Shown here one piece after another: positions 7,051 through 15,668 of a DNA stretch of 25,457 nt (its first letter is position 1; the number at the start of each line of letters is the position of its first letter). Both the position numbers and the translations under genes were made by a program. Below the pieces are notes generated by a model, which saw only the letters and a list, made by a program, of their open reading frames with translations, was not told the origin of the DNA and made no database searches. Source of the DNA: a virus (Duplodnaviria > Caudoviricetes); IMG/VR virus record IMGVR_UViG_3300011336_000340, positions 1 through 25,457 of that record, one strand, 5' to 3'.

Positions 7051-9570
7051 ATGGCAGACGTATCAGTAACATTTGGAGCAACCGACGAAGGACTTGAGAA
7101 GACACTCAAGGCTTTGCAATCTGAGACAGATCAACTCAAGTCAAAGATGCGATCAACGGAGATGTCCGTTACTGAAGCTGGGGCTGCAATGAAAAAGATC
7201 GCTCAAAATAACGATCTTGAGAAAAAGCTGAGACAGATCGGAGATGAATCGCAGGGGTCGTCATCCAAAGTAAAATCTCTCGGAACAGCGGCAGAAGACA
7301 CAGGAAAAAAAGTCGAACTCGGATTCGGAAAAATAGCCGTAGGAGCAACGCTCGCCGGAGCCGCAGCGAAGGTTGGATCAATGGCGATCGAGGCGGCATT
7401 CGCTGCCGCTCAAGGGACCGTGCAGAGCTTCGGGGCCGCGCTTGATATGGGAGGAAGGCTGAATGACCTAGCCGACCGCACGGGGCTTGCAGTTGATCGC
7501 GTTCTTCTTTTGGAACGAGCATTTCAAAATGCTGGCGTCGGGGCAGATTCACTTGGGCCAATTCTCAATAAGATGCAAAAGGCCATTGTTGATGCCGAAG
7601 ACGGCACAAGTAAGGCCGCTTACGCATTCGCTGATCTCGGTATTTCTCTGTCTGAACTTAGGAACCTATCACCAGAAGAGCAACTCCGCACGATAGGAAA
7701 AGCTATTGCTGCAATTCCAGACCCAGCGCAGCGGGCATCGACCGCGATGGAGATTTTCGGAAAGTCGGGCGGTGCGCTCAACCAGGTATTCGCAAACTTC
7801 GATGACGAGGTAGAGACGGCAAAGCGGCAGCTAGGATCGTTGCCAGACATAATGAAAGCGGGATCGTCGCAGTTTGACCGCATCAGCGACAACCTTGTTG
7901 TCGTAGGCGGTAAATTTATCGAGTTTGCGGCAGGCTTGATCGACAAAGTCAAGCCAGCACTCGACGCCGTAACGACGGCGCTTTCGATGATCGACGCCGC
8001 TGGAATAGGCCAAGAGATCGGAGAGTTCTTCGTAGGCGCAGGTGAAGGAATGAAGATGTTTCAAAAAGCCGTTGATGACTTTAAGATGGGCAACTTTAAA
8101 GATGGGTTTAAAGACGCATGGGAGGCGATTGTACAGCAGGCGAAGGACACGGCAAATAGCATTTATACAAATATTGTTGCAGCAATGAAGACGGTTGGAG
8201 ACTTCATAAAAGATCAATTCAAATCAAGCGGGCCGCTGGTATTGGCGATCACTTCAGCATTTGATTACGTTGCTGGATACATCAAAAAGGTAGTATCTGG
8301 ATCGCTTGCGGACACATTCACAAGCCTAGGCCCGGCATTTAGTAGAATTGCAAAGGGATTAGAAGAAAGCTCTAAAGCTGGAGCGTTACAGTCAGAATTA
8401 GCATTGCAACGGATTCCGATCGCAGCAGAACTTGAGGCAAATAAAGCTAGTCAATCAATGGGGGATATTCCTGCCAACTTCAAAAAGAACATGGCTGATG
8501 TCCCGCCATTGTTCGACAAGGTCACAAAAAAGCAGGACGACGTTGTAAAAAAGACCGACGAAATCATTGCCACTGATAAAGAGTGGGAAGCGCAAGCGAT
8601 GGCCCGCATCAATAAAGATGTTGATGCTTCGCAGAAAGCATTTAAGGAAAAAAAGGCGAGTCAAAAAGAATTGGCGGATGGACAAACCGCCGAAGATGAA
8701 CGGGCCGCAAATGCTGAAAAAGCAAGGCAGGAAAAGCTCAAAGAATCTGCCGCACTCAAGCGTGATGAAATCGACCTACAAATCGCCATCTCCAACGCCA
8801 TCGCCGACGGCGACATTAAGCAAGCCGAGGCGCTCAAGAATACAAAAGCCCTCAACACCACAATCCAAGACCTCATAAAAAGCGGCATGGGCCAGAGCGA
8901 AGCTACAAAACTGGCAAACGAAATGGCTCGCGCCGCCCGCGAAGCCGACCGAGTCAAAAACTCCCTCGCCACCAAAATCGACGAAAAGATAAAAGCCAAG
9001 GAAGAGTCCGATGCCATCGATAAAGGCGGCAGGCTTCAGAAAAAAGCGGATGAGCAGATCGCCGCAGGCCAATACAACGCCGCCCGCGCAACTGGACAAC
9101 AACTCGCCCAGCGCGAAATGGATGCCTCCGTTCGCGGAACGGGAGCCAACCGAGACCGGCGGTCTATTTCCGACATCATTAAGGACTATTATGGCCAGAA
9201 GGCTCCGAGCGGCTTGACCGACAAGGAACAAAGTGAGCTTATCCGCCAAGCCCGCGACGAAGGGAAATTCAAAGACACATCAGCTCTTACTGACTTGACG
9301 AAAAAGGGGTTAGATCGCTTCAAAGACCTAGATTCAGACAAAAAAAAGCAAGATGCACTAGACAAGGCCAAGAAGGGAATGGAAGAAGGTGTGCCAGAAG
9401 CGCAAAAGGACATGACGAACAAGGCAAGATCAGAAGGTGACAAAGCAAAGGGGGATGGGAAAAATGAAACCAACAGTGTTTTGGAATCGATCAAAACCGC
9501 TGTCGAGGCGATCAAAACCGCCGTTGAAAAAATAGAACCTAAATTACCGACCGCAGCATTAAGTGCTTAA
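7051..9570 (+). CDS. Tail tape measure protein
   Basis: 839 aa, Ala-rich helical, with LADRTG, AFADLGIS and AMEIFGKSG motifs typical of lambda-family TMPs and a coiled-coil C-terminus. Confidence 0.9.
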   Translation: MADVSVTFGATDEGLEKTLKALQSETDQLKSKMRSTEMSVTEAGAAMKKIAQNNDLEKKLRQIGDESQGSSSKVKSLGTAAEDTGKKVELGFGKIAVGATLAGAAAKVGSMAIEAAFAAAQGTVQSFGAALDMGGRLNDLADRTGLAVDRVLLLERAFQNAGVGADSLGPILNKMQKAIVDAEDGTSKAAYAFADLGISLSELRNLSPEEQLRTIGKAIAAIPDPAQRASTAMEIFGKSGGALNQVFANFDDEVETAKRQLGSLPDIMKAGSSQFDRISDNLVVVGGKFIEFAAGLIDKVKPALDAVTTALSMIDAAGIGQEIGEFFVGAGEGMKMFQKAVDDFKMGNFKDGFKDAWEAIVQQAKDTANSIYTNIVAAMKTVGDFIKDQFKSSGPLVLAITSAFDYVAGYIKKVVSGSLADTFTSLGPAFSRIAKGLEESSKAGALQSELALQRIPIAAELEANKASQSMGDIPANFKKNMADVPPLFDKVTKKQDDVVKKTDEIIATDKEWEAQAMARINKDVDASQKAFKEKKASQKELADGQTAEDERAANAEKARQEKLKESAALKRDEIDLQIAISNAIADGDIKQAEALKNTKALNTTIQDLIKSGMGQSEATKLANEMARAAREADRVKNSLATKIDEKIKAKEESDAIDKGGRLQKKADEQIAAGQYNAARATGQQLAQREMDASVRGTGANRDRRSISDIIKDYYGQKAPSGLTDKEQSELIRQARDEGKFKDTSALTDLTKKGLDRFKDLDSDKKKQDALDKAKKGMEEGVPEAQKDMTNKARSEGDKAKGDGKNETNSVLESIKTAVEAIKTAVEKIEPKLPTAALSA

Positions 9571-9576
9571 AAAATT

Positions 9577-10344
9577 ATGCAAAAAATTTATGAAAAAGAC
9601 TCTGGCGATTTAATTGCAACGCTTCCTAGAACTGTAGATACATTTCCAAGCGGATTGATTAGAGTTAATCAAATTTATGTCGGACGTAGTGACTTAAATT
9701 CAACTCATCGTCAATTATTGCAAGTCGGTAATATGCTTCCATCTGGTGATAACTCCCCATCTGTCGAGCCATTGCGGATTTTTCCTGAAGTCGCAGAAAC
9801 AAAGCGCGTCGATGGATTCACTGAGTATTCTGTGACTGCATACGGGAGAGCAAATACAATAGGCCAAATATCTTACCCTATTACAGTTGGAACGGACTAT
9901 GGTGGCTATGCCGTCAGATTTCCATTTATTAGAATTACTGTGCCTACTAGCTCACTAATACTTCCAACAGCACCAACATTCATACCAGATTTTATATTTT
10001 CAGACACTGCAAAAATAAAAAAACTCCCAGCCGGTTCGAGTATCGCGCAATGGGGGCCAAGCTATTTTGGGTGGGATAGCAATAATTTAGGCAGTTGGGC
10101 GTTTAGAACTATGTCAGAAGGCGATTTTACATTCAATCAAAATTTTATTTTTTACGCATCGCCACTTTCAATTTCATCTTCGCAAACTGAAAACTACGGA
10201 CAATTCGATGAGTTATCACTGAATTTTTCTAGCAATTTAATTGATAGCGGATTCCCAGGGATTAATGGCGTTGGTAATGATATTGCGATCCTTGATAAAA
10301 ATGAAAACTTTATAACGAATTTTTATGATTTATTCACATGGTAA
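9577..10344 (+). CDS. Putative distal tail/tail-tip protein
   Basis: Immediately follows the TMP and is beta-rich. The C-terminal part is AT-rich and aromatic-rich. Confidence 0.45.
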   Translation: MQKIYEKDSGDLIATLPRTVDTFPSGLIRVNQIYVGRSDLNSTHRQLLQVGNMLPSGDNSPSVEPLRIFPEVAETKRVDGFTEYSVTAYGRANTIGQISYPITVGTDYGGYAVRFPFIRITVPTSSLILPTAPTFIPDFIFSDTAKIKKLPAGSSIAQWGPSYFGWDSNNLGSWAFRTMSEGDFTFNQNFIFYASPLSISSSQTENYGQFDELSLNFSSNLIDSGFPGINGVGNDIAILDKNENFITNFYDLFTW

Positions 10345-10610
10345 CTTTTAACGTCGATTTCGAGGCAAAAGTAAAAAGCGCAAAGAGCGCGTCTGGAAGT
10401 GGATACCCGGTGCAGATTTCGGCATCTGACCTAATGCAGAATTTTGTTTACGCCGCACTCGACGCAGACGATTCTTTAATCGAAAAGACAACCGGATCAG
10501 GCGGTCATGCTGGCAGAAAACTCAAGATTCCAGCCGCACCCAAGAACGGCACCCACGTCCTCGGAGTGAAAGACGGATCGTTGCAATGGCTCTCAACCGA
10601 GGAATGCTAG
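10338..10610 (+). CDS. Small putative tail protein
   Basis: 90-aa coupled ORF ending GTHVLGVKDGSLQWLSTEEC, a fibre-like motif. Confidence 0.55.
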   Translation: MVTFNVDFEAKVKSAKSASGSGYPVQISASDLMQNFVYAALDADDSLIEKTTGSGGHAGRKLKIPAAPKNGTHVLGVKDGSLQWLSTEEC

Positions 10611-10611
10611 T

Positions 10612-11076
10612 ATGACACTAGGCCGCACCGCTGACAACGCTATCAAAATAAAAGTCGACAACGGAACAACTCGCGCTGTGAATTGCGCGTGTTGTGGAGT
10701 TTGTGGGTGCGTTAGTGTCGCTGGGGTAATGATAGATTCGCAATTATTGAGCGACATTTTAGACAGTGCAACTACAGGAAAGCTAAACGGAAGTGGAGGC
10801 GTTTTTTTTTGGAACACAACATCTGATGGGTGGAATGCTGCACTTTATAGCAGCTCATTTGAAATTGCTGCTGTGGGATATACAAAATCAACCAAAATAC
10901 TTTGCGCAAATTCAGACAATTCTATGAATGCAATTCAACTTGGCAAAACAGATGGATGTTGTGTAACTGGCGCAACTTGTACTGAATCCACAATGAATAT
11001 AAATGGACACTCATTTATAGCAAATCAACTCACTTATTCTGGTTCACCATATTCAGCTTATATCGACTTTTCATGA
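10612..11076 (+). CDS. Cys-rich hypothetical (putative tail-tip) protein
   Basis: 154 aa with NCACCGVCGC and GCCVTGATC. Confidence 0.6.
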   Translation: MTLGRTADNAIKIKVDNGTTRAVNCACCGVCGCVSVAGVMIDSQLLSDILDSATTGKLNGSGGVFFWNTTSDGWNAALYSSSFEIAAVGYTKSTKILCANSDNSMNAIQLGKTDGCCVTGATCTESTMNINGHSFIANQLTYSGSPYSAYIDFS

Positions 11077-11351
11077 TTCCAGCTCATATTTTAAAATACA
11101 GAGCTGAAATGCTAGTTCGTTTTGGAATTGCATCAAAAAAGTTTGCATCATCCAGCTTCGCTATCACGCCCCCCGAAGCACTCGCAACCCGCGAAGCAAC
11201 GTGCCGCGCCTGTCCCAAATGGGACGCGCAGGCACTCAACAACACGGGCCGTTGTCGCAAGTGTGGTTGCTCGACGTGGGCAAAACTACGCATGGCAACC
11301 GAAGCCTGCCCGATAGGAAAATGGGAAGCTGTTGACAAAAGCAACAATTAA
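11073..11351 (+). CDS. Small Cys-rich metal-binding protein (DUF6171-like)
   Basis: R.ATCRACPKW...RCRKCGC...K......CPIGKW pattern. Confidence 0.6.
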   Translation: MIPAHILKYRAEMLVRFGIASKKFASSSFAITPPEALATREATCRACPKWDAQALNNTGRCRKCGCSTWAKLRMATEACPIGKWEAVDKSNN

Positions 11352-12656
11352 ATGGCACGCGACCTATTTATTGACATGACTAACCGCAGGCTGGCGACAA
11401 GCCTTACCAGTCTTGCACCTGCGACCGCTCCGCGATTTGTTAAAGGCGACAACGGCGCAATTAACCTTTATTTCTTGGAAGCCACAGGTAATGTATCCGC
11501 GCCTTTCAACGTAGTGGATATGACCGGAACAACGGTAAAATTCGGAGTAGGAACTCGCACGGGAATACCTGCAAGCGGTACATTCACTCTTTCATTTGGC
11601 GGAGAAACGAGCGGGGCCATTGGATTTAGCGCGACCGCCGGGGCGATCTCGTCCGCGCTAAATTCACTCTCAGCAATTACGAGCATAGGGAAAGTCTCGG
11701 TTGACGGAACGATGGCAACCAACTTTGTTATCTCGTTCAACTCCGCAGGCACACGCAGCGCGATCACGGCGGACGTCTCGCATCTCATTCCAACAACATC
11801 GGCACTCATTGACGAGCGACTTGCAGGAGATGCAACAACCGCTGAAATCCAAGAGTTGCAACTTCGCCTTGCTCCTGCTGTTTACCAACCAACTTGGACT
11901 GATCTTGGAACAGCATTGACGGTCAGCGTTGCCACAACCCTTACTGGATCGACACTCCAGAACGAAGTGCAGCGCATTTCGTTTTCACGCGCTCCATACC
12001 AAGGCAGTTACCGAGTAACGGTTCCAACCTACAACGTGGACATCGCCTCAACCGTGACGGATGGTGTTTTCATCACGTCCGCAAACCACGGACTTTCACT
12101 CTCTCAGCCTGTTGTTCTTACCGGTTTCACAGCATTAACTGGCTACACGGAAGGAACTCAATATTTCGTTCGCTCAATTCCGCAGACGACCCAGTTTTTG
12201 CTTGGAGTAACTGCTGGCGCCGTAGCAATAACAACTGGAACAGGCACAGTAACAACGGGCAGCGTAGCGACTACGATCCTACGGCAGACCGATCCGCTTG
12301 ATGCAGCGACAACAGCATCCGCACTGCAAATTGCGTTGCAGTCACTCGACTCCATCGGCGCGAACAACCTAACTGTGAGTGGCATTCAAGGCAGCTATTT
12401 CGATGTCACATTCGGCGGGGATAAAGGATTCTCTGATCTGCCGATGCTCCAAGTGCAAAGCGGCTTGAGCGCAACACCCGGCAAGACGGCAGCGGTGAAT
12501 TTTAGCACGTTCGGCGTGCGCGACTATTTGCTCAACGCAACAAGCGCGACAGCGGATATTGAGATCGAACTCACCGAGTCAGGAACGCGCAATACGATCA
12601 TTCTCCAATCATGCACGCTCACCGAGGAACTCATAACTCAAGCCAGTTTGACTTAA
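11352..12656 (+). CDS. Putative tail fibre/baseplate-attached structural protein
   Basis: 434 aa, T/S/G-rich, with two G.F.LTF...T..I...A.A..I..AL..L modules, NEVQRISF and a TSANHGL domain. Confidence 0.65.
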   Translation: MARDLFIDMTNRRLATSLTSLAPATAPRFVKGDNGAINLYFLEATGNVSAPFNVVDMTGTTVKFGVGTRTGIPASGTFTLSFGGETSGAIGFSATAGAISSALNSLSAITSIGKVSVDGTMATNFVISFNSAGTRSAITADVSHLIPTTSALIDERLAGDATTAEIQELQLRLAPAVYQPTWTDLGTALTVSVATTLTGSTLQNEVQRISFSRAPYQGSYRVTVPTYNVDIASTVTDGVFITSANHGLSLSQPVVLTGFTALTGYTEGTQYFVRSIPQTTQFLLGVTAGAVAITTGTGTVTTGSVATTILRQTDPLDAATTASALQIALQSLDSIGANNLTVSGIQGSYFDVTFGGDKGFSDLPMLQVQSGLSATPGKTAAVNFSTFGVRDYLLNATSATADIEIELTESGTRNTIILQSCTLTEELITQASLT

Positions 12657-12823
12657 TGGACAGCCACACTTTCCATTCGCTTGTCGGTACGTCCGCGCCC
12701 GCAGCCGCTGTATTGATCTCGTTTTCAGAAGCTGAAGCGTGGCTTCGCATCGCTTCTCTCGTACTAGGAATTTGCATCGGTGCGGTATCGCTGTATAAAA
12801 TGTTAAAAACAAAAAAATCATGA
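12656..12823 (+). CDS. Small membrane protein, putative holin/antiholin
   Basis: TAATG-coupled start at 12656. MDSHTF...WLRIASLVLGICIGAVSLYKMLKTKKS has a TM helix and a basic tail. Confidence 0.55.
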   Translation: MDSHTFHSLVGTSAPAAAVLISFSEAEAWLRIASLVLGICIGAVSLYKMLKTKKS

Positions 12824-12984
12824 AGACACTATTTTCAAAACTCAAGGAACCTTCCACGATTCGCGGCATTGCCATCATCGGAGCCGTTGCCGGCCTGAGC
12901 TTGGAACCAGCAAAATGGGACGCGATAGGAGCGGCGCTTGCGTCGATAATCGGACTCATCGAAATCTTCCGCAAAGAAAAATGA
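12820..12984 (+). CDS. Putative holin (54 aa, two TM segments; absent from ORF track)
   Basis: MKTLFSKLKEPSTIRGIAIIGAVAGLSLEPAKWDAIGAALASIIGLIEIFRKEK, with ATGA overlaps at both ends. Confidence 0.65.
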   Translation: MKTLFSKLKEPSTIRGIAIIGAVAGLSLEPAKWDAIGAALASIIGLIEIFRKEK

Positions 12985-13148
12985 GCGCCAAATCCATTGC
13001 GCTTTGGATGATCGTTATCTCCTTCGCGTTCTTGGGAATGGCGTTTCTGACTTCATGTGCTGGAATGAATAACCCGTCGTTATGCGTCAAAACGGATTAC
13101 GGCACTTTTTGTTATGAGCTACCAGAAATACCATCGCTAAAAAAATGA
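12981..13148 (+). CDS. Small lipoprotein, possible o-spanin-like lysis protein
   Basis: ATG at 12981. Signal peptide MSAKSIALWMIVISFAFLGMAFLTS-C with an LTSC lipobox, located between the holins and endolysin. Confidence 0.55.
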   Translation: MSAKSIALWMIVISFAFLGMAFLTSCAGMNNPSLCVKTDYGTFCYELPEIPSLKK

Positions 13149-13621
13149 CCTTTGACGAACGCAGCGAGATCCAGCTTGCAACGCTCCACCCCGAAGCTCA
13201 AAAGGCCGCACGCGCCTTCCTAGGCGTTGCAAAGACCATTGCTGCAAAAGTTGGATGCGACGTTAAGATCATCAGCGGCACTCGGAGCTATATGGAGCAG
13301 GACGCGCTCTACGCAAAGGGCCGCACGATTCCAAACACTAAAATTGTGACCCGTGCAAAAGCGGGCTTTTCAAATCATAACTTTGGAATTGCGTTTGACG
13401 TGGGCATCTTTCGCGGCAAAGAGTATTGCGAAGAGCACCCGCTGTATAACGAACTCGGAACTCTTGGCAAAAGCCTTGGCCTTGAGTGGGGCGGGGACTG
13501 GAAATTTGTTGACGAGCCTCACTATCAGATCCGCCCGCATTGGGCGAAGGGAATGACCGAGCGCGAAATGCTCGCAATTTTACGCACTAGAGTATCGAAA
13601 AAAATAGATATCCTTGCTTGA
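13145..13621 (+). CDS. Endolysin, peptidase M15 family (L-Ala-D-Glu peptidase-like)
   Basis: RSYMEQDALYAKGRT, SNHNFGIAFD (SxHxxGxAxD) and WGGDW..VDEPHYQ. Confidence 0.9.
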   Translation: MTFDERSEIQLATLHPEAQKAARAFLGVAKTIAAKVGCDVKIISGTRSYMEQDALYAKGRTIPNTKIVTRAKAGFSNHNFGIAFDVGIFRGKEYCEEHPLYNELGTLGKSLGLEWGGDWKFVDEPHYQIRPHWAKGMTEREMLAILRTRVSKKIDILA

Positions 13622-13860
13622 AAAAAAAGAGACAACCGACGGTTGAATCAGAGCGCACGGAAGCACTCGCGGAAGCGAAGCGCATTCTCTCCGAGCATTA
13701 TGACTGCGGGCTGACCATCGTCAGTTGGGAGCAAGGCGGGGAGACGATGCATGGGGAATTTGTTTTCGGGAACAAATACGCTGTCGAGGGACTAGCCAGC
13801 GATTCTTTTAGTATTCTATTTCCAGACTTGGAAGAAGAAGAGGAGGACGAAGAAGCATGA
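13618..13860 (+). CDS. Hypothetical protein with acidic C-terminus
   Basis: 80-aa ORF coupled at both ends (TTG start). Confidence 0.65.
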   Translation: MKKKRQPTVESERTEALAEAKRILSEHYDCGLTIVSWEQGGETMHGEFVFGNKYAVEGLASDSFSILFPDLEEEEEDEEA

Positions 13861-14081
13861 AAATGACATTGGAGTTTGACGAGACCGAGCGATACGAGCA
13901 CGAGGTGGCCTGCAAGGCGCTTGATATTCTGATCTTGGTGGATGACATAGACCAAGAGCTTCGGAGCGCTTTAAAACACGAATCCGGAGCATTTGCTAAA
14001 CTCGACGAAGACACGATGGAAGCAGTCCGCGCTTGGATATGGGAGCAACGTAGCGAACGAAATATTCCAGAACTTAAATGA
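13857..14081 (+). CDS. Hypothetical protein
   Basis: 74-aa ORF with ATGA overlaps; its MKMTLEFD..E...H..A pattern is common in small phage ORFs. Confidence 0.7.
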   Translation: MKMTLEFDETERYEHEVACKALDILILVDDIDQELRSALKHESGAFAKLDEDTMEAVRAWIWEQRSERNIPELK

Positions 14082-14800
14082 AAGGCTGGAAAAAATGGAT
14101 GGCAGTCGGGTGCTCTCATGGCGATCAAATCGACCCTGATGCACGCAAGGCCGTTCTCATGTTCAAAGAACGCTGGAAGCCCGATACGACCATTCATTTA
14201 GGCGACTTCCTTGATCTCGCCGCCTTCCGGTCTGGAGCAATTTCAGACCCGAACTCAAGCGACCGCGCTGCGAGCATATCAGATGATCTGAGTGCCGGCA
14301 TCGACTTCCTGCACGAACTGCGTCCACAGCATATTCTCTACGGGAACCACGAAGCCCGGCTATATAAGCTCGCGTCGTCGCCAAACGCATTGGCCGCGCA
14401 CGCCGCTACGCTCACGATTCAAGCCATCGAAAAGACCGCAAAGGAACTCAAAGCGAAATTATACCCGTATCATATTCGATCCTTCTACGAGCTAGGCGGA
14501 ACCAAATTTTTGCACGGATACATGTACAATGTGCAGGCCATCCGAGACCATGCAGAAACATACGGCCAATGTGTAATTGCGCACCTTCACCGCGTGGGAT
14601 GGGAACGTGCACGCACGCTTGACGGGCCGTCGGGATATTGCGTCGGAATGCTGGCGCGTTTCGATATGGAATATGCGAGCACGCGAAGGGCCACGTTCGG
14701 ATGGTCGCAGGGCTTCGCTTACGGCTATTACAAAGACAACTCAATAAACATTAACTTATGCGAAAGACGACAAAACATCCCGTGGCTCTTGCCGCTGTAA
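14078..14800 (+). CDS. Calcineurin-like metallophosphoesterase
   Basis: GCSHG, HLGDFLD, GNHE, FLHG and AHLHR motifs in canonical order. Confidence 0.85.
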   Translation: MKGWKKWMAVGCSHGDQIDPDARKAVLMFKERWKPDTTIHLGDFLDLAAFRSGAISDPNSSDRAASISDDLSAGIDFLHELRPQHILYGNHEARLYKLASSPNALAAHAATLTIQAIEKTAKELKAKLYPYHIRSFYELGGTKFLHGYMYNVQAIRDHAETYGQCVIAHLHRVGWERARTLDGPSGYCVGMLARFDMEYASTRRATFGWSQGFAYGYYKDNSININLCERRQNIPWLLPL

Positions 14801-15036
14801 ATAAAGCGTGGGAGGCTTTTTACGAAGTCTCAAAGCACGAGAGCGAGGCCGACCTTGAAAAACAGGGGTGGAAGACCGCCCGCGCTATTGCAGGCGAGAC
14901 TAAGTCAACCATCGCCGCAACAAATTCACGTCTGGAAATTGCGATTAACAGAACTCAGATTGAATCAAAAAAGGCTAGAGTAATGACGAAGCAAGGACTC
15001 CGCGAGGTAAATTTCTTTCGACCTATTGTAAAATAA
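14758..15036 (+). CDS. Hypothetical protein, possible winged-helix DNA-binding
   Basis: 92 aa; WKTARAIAGETKSTIAATNSRL helix pair followed by a beta hairpin. Start uncertain. Confidence 0.55.
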   Translation: MRKTTKHPVALAAVNKAWEAFYEVSKHESEADLEKQGWKTARAIAGETKSTIAATNSRLEIAINRTQIESKKARVMTKQGLREVNFFRPIVK

Positions 15037-15060
15037 AAAAGCCCGCAGAGGCTCTCGGGC
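15035..15060 (-). terminator. Hairpin with 5' A-tract (terminator on - strand) at the late/early module boundary
   Basis: AAAAAA-GCCCG(c)AG-aggct-CT-CGGGC. Confidence 0.5.
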
Positions 15061-15204
15061 ATTGGTTGCGCTCATTTGTAAAGACTTTTCTCAAGAATTA
15101 TTTTCGCACTTCGCGAAAATTTTTCTTTTCATCTTTGCGGAGATGAAAGAATGTTTGCCCATCGAACGGAATGACTCCGAACGACAGAAACAAAAATTAA
15201 ATAT

Positions 15205-15357
15205 ATGGAACCACTCACATTTCTCGCCCTATTCGCCACCTGCACTCTCTGTGCATTCATCGCCGGATACCTGCTCGGCAACATCAAAGCCACCTGCGAA
15301 GCGGAACAGACACGCAGATGGTGGATGAACCGCCAGATCAAACGGGAGCGCCGGTAA
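15205..15357 (+). CDS. Small membrane protein (50 aa; absent from ORF track)
   Basis: MEPLTFLALFATCTLCAFIAGYLLGNIKATCEAEQTRRWWMNRQIKRERR, with an A-rich leader and TAATG coupling to the next gene. Confidence 0.65.
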   Translation: MEPLTFLALFATCTLCAFIAGYLLGNIKATCEAEQTRRWWMNRQIKRERR

Positions 15358-15668
15358 TGACCGAAGCGGAACTACATGATGCCGAATGCACATTCACACG
15401 CAACTTATTGTGCGGAATGATACATCAGGCAGTCTATGATATCAAATGCGAAAAAGTATTTCAGACTAAGCAGCTAAATGAAGCTCAAGAACTCGACAGG
15501 GAGTCAGCAATTCATTTCATAAAATCAAAGGCATTTCAAGGCATCTGCGACGTTCTCGCATTGCCAGCCGACAAAATTAAAACAAGGGCTTTAAAATATG
15601 ATATTGGCATTAGATCCGGGGACAACACACAGCGCTTTTATTCAGCTAGACCACGGAAAGATAGTTGA
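15357..15668 (+). CDS. Hypothetical protein
   Basis: Likely start at the coupled ATG 15357 (MTEAELHDAEC...RNLLCGMIHQAVYD...FQGICDVL). Confidence 0.65.
   Translation: MTEAELHDAECTFTRNLLCGMIHQAVYDIKCEKVFQTKQLNEAQELDRESAIHFIKSKAFQGICDVLALPADKIKTRALKYDIGIRSGDNTQRFYSARPRKDS

Noticed and set aside
9488-9521. 13-bp direct repeat CGATCAAAACCGC with 21-bp period
   Set aside because: Encodes the heptad IKTAVE repeat at the tape measure C-terminus; explained by coiled-coil coding.
1841-12656. Diversity-generating retroelement acting on fibre genes
   Set aside because: No reverse transcriptase and no template/variable repeat pair differing at adenines is seen. The internal repeats differ mainly at synonymous sites.
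15062-15328. 88-aa TTG-start ORF across the junction region
   Set aside because: It overlaps palindromic regulatory-looking DNA and the better-supported coupled ORF 15205-15357.
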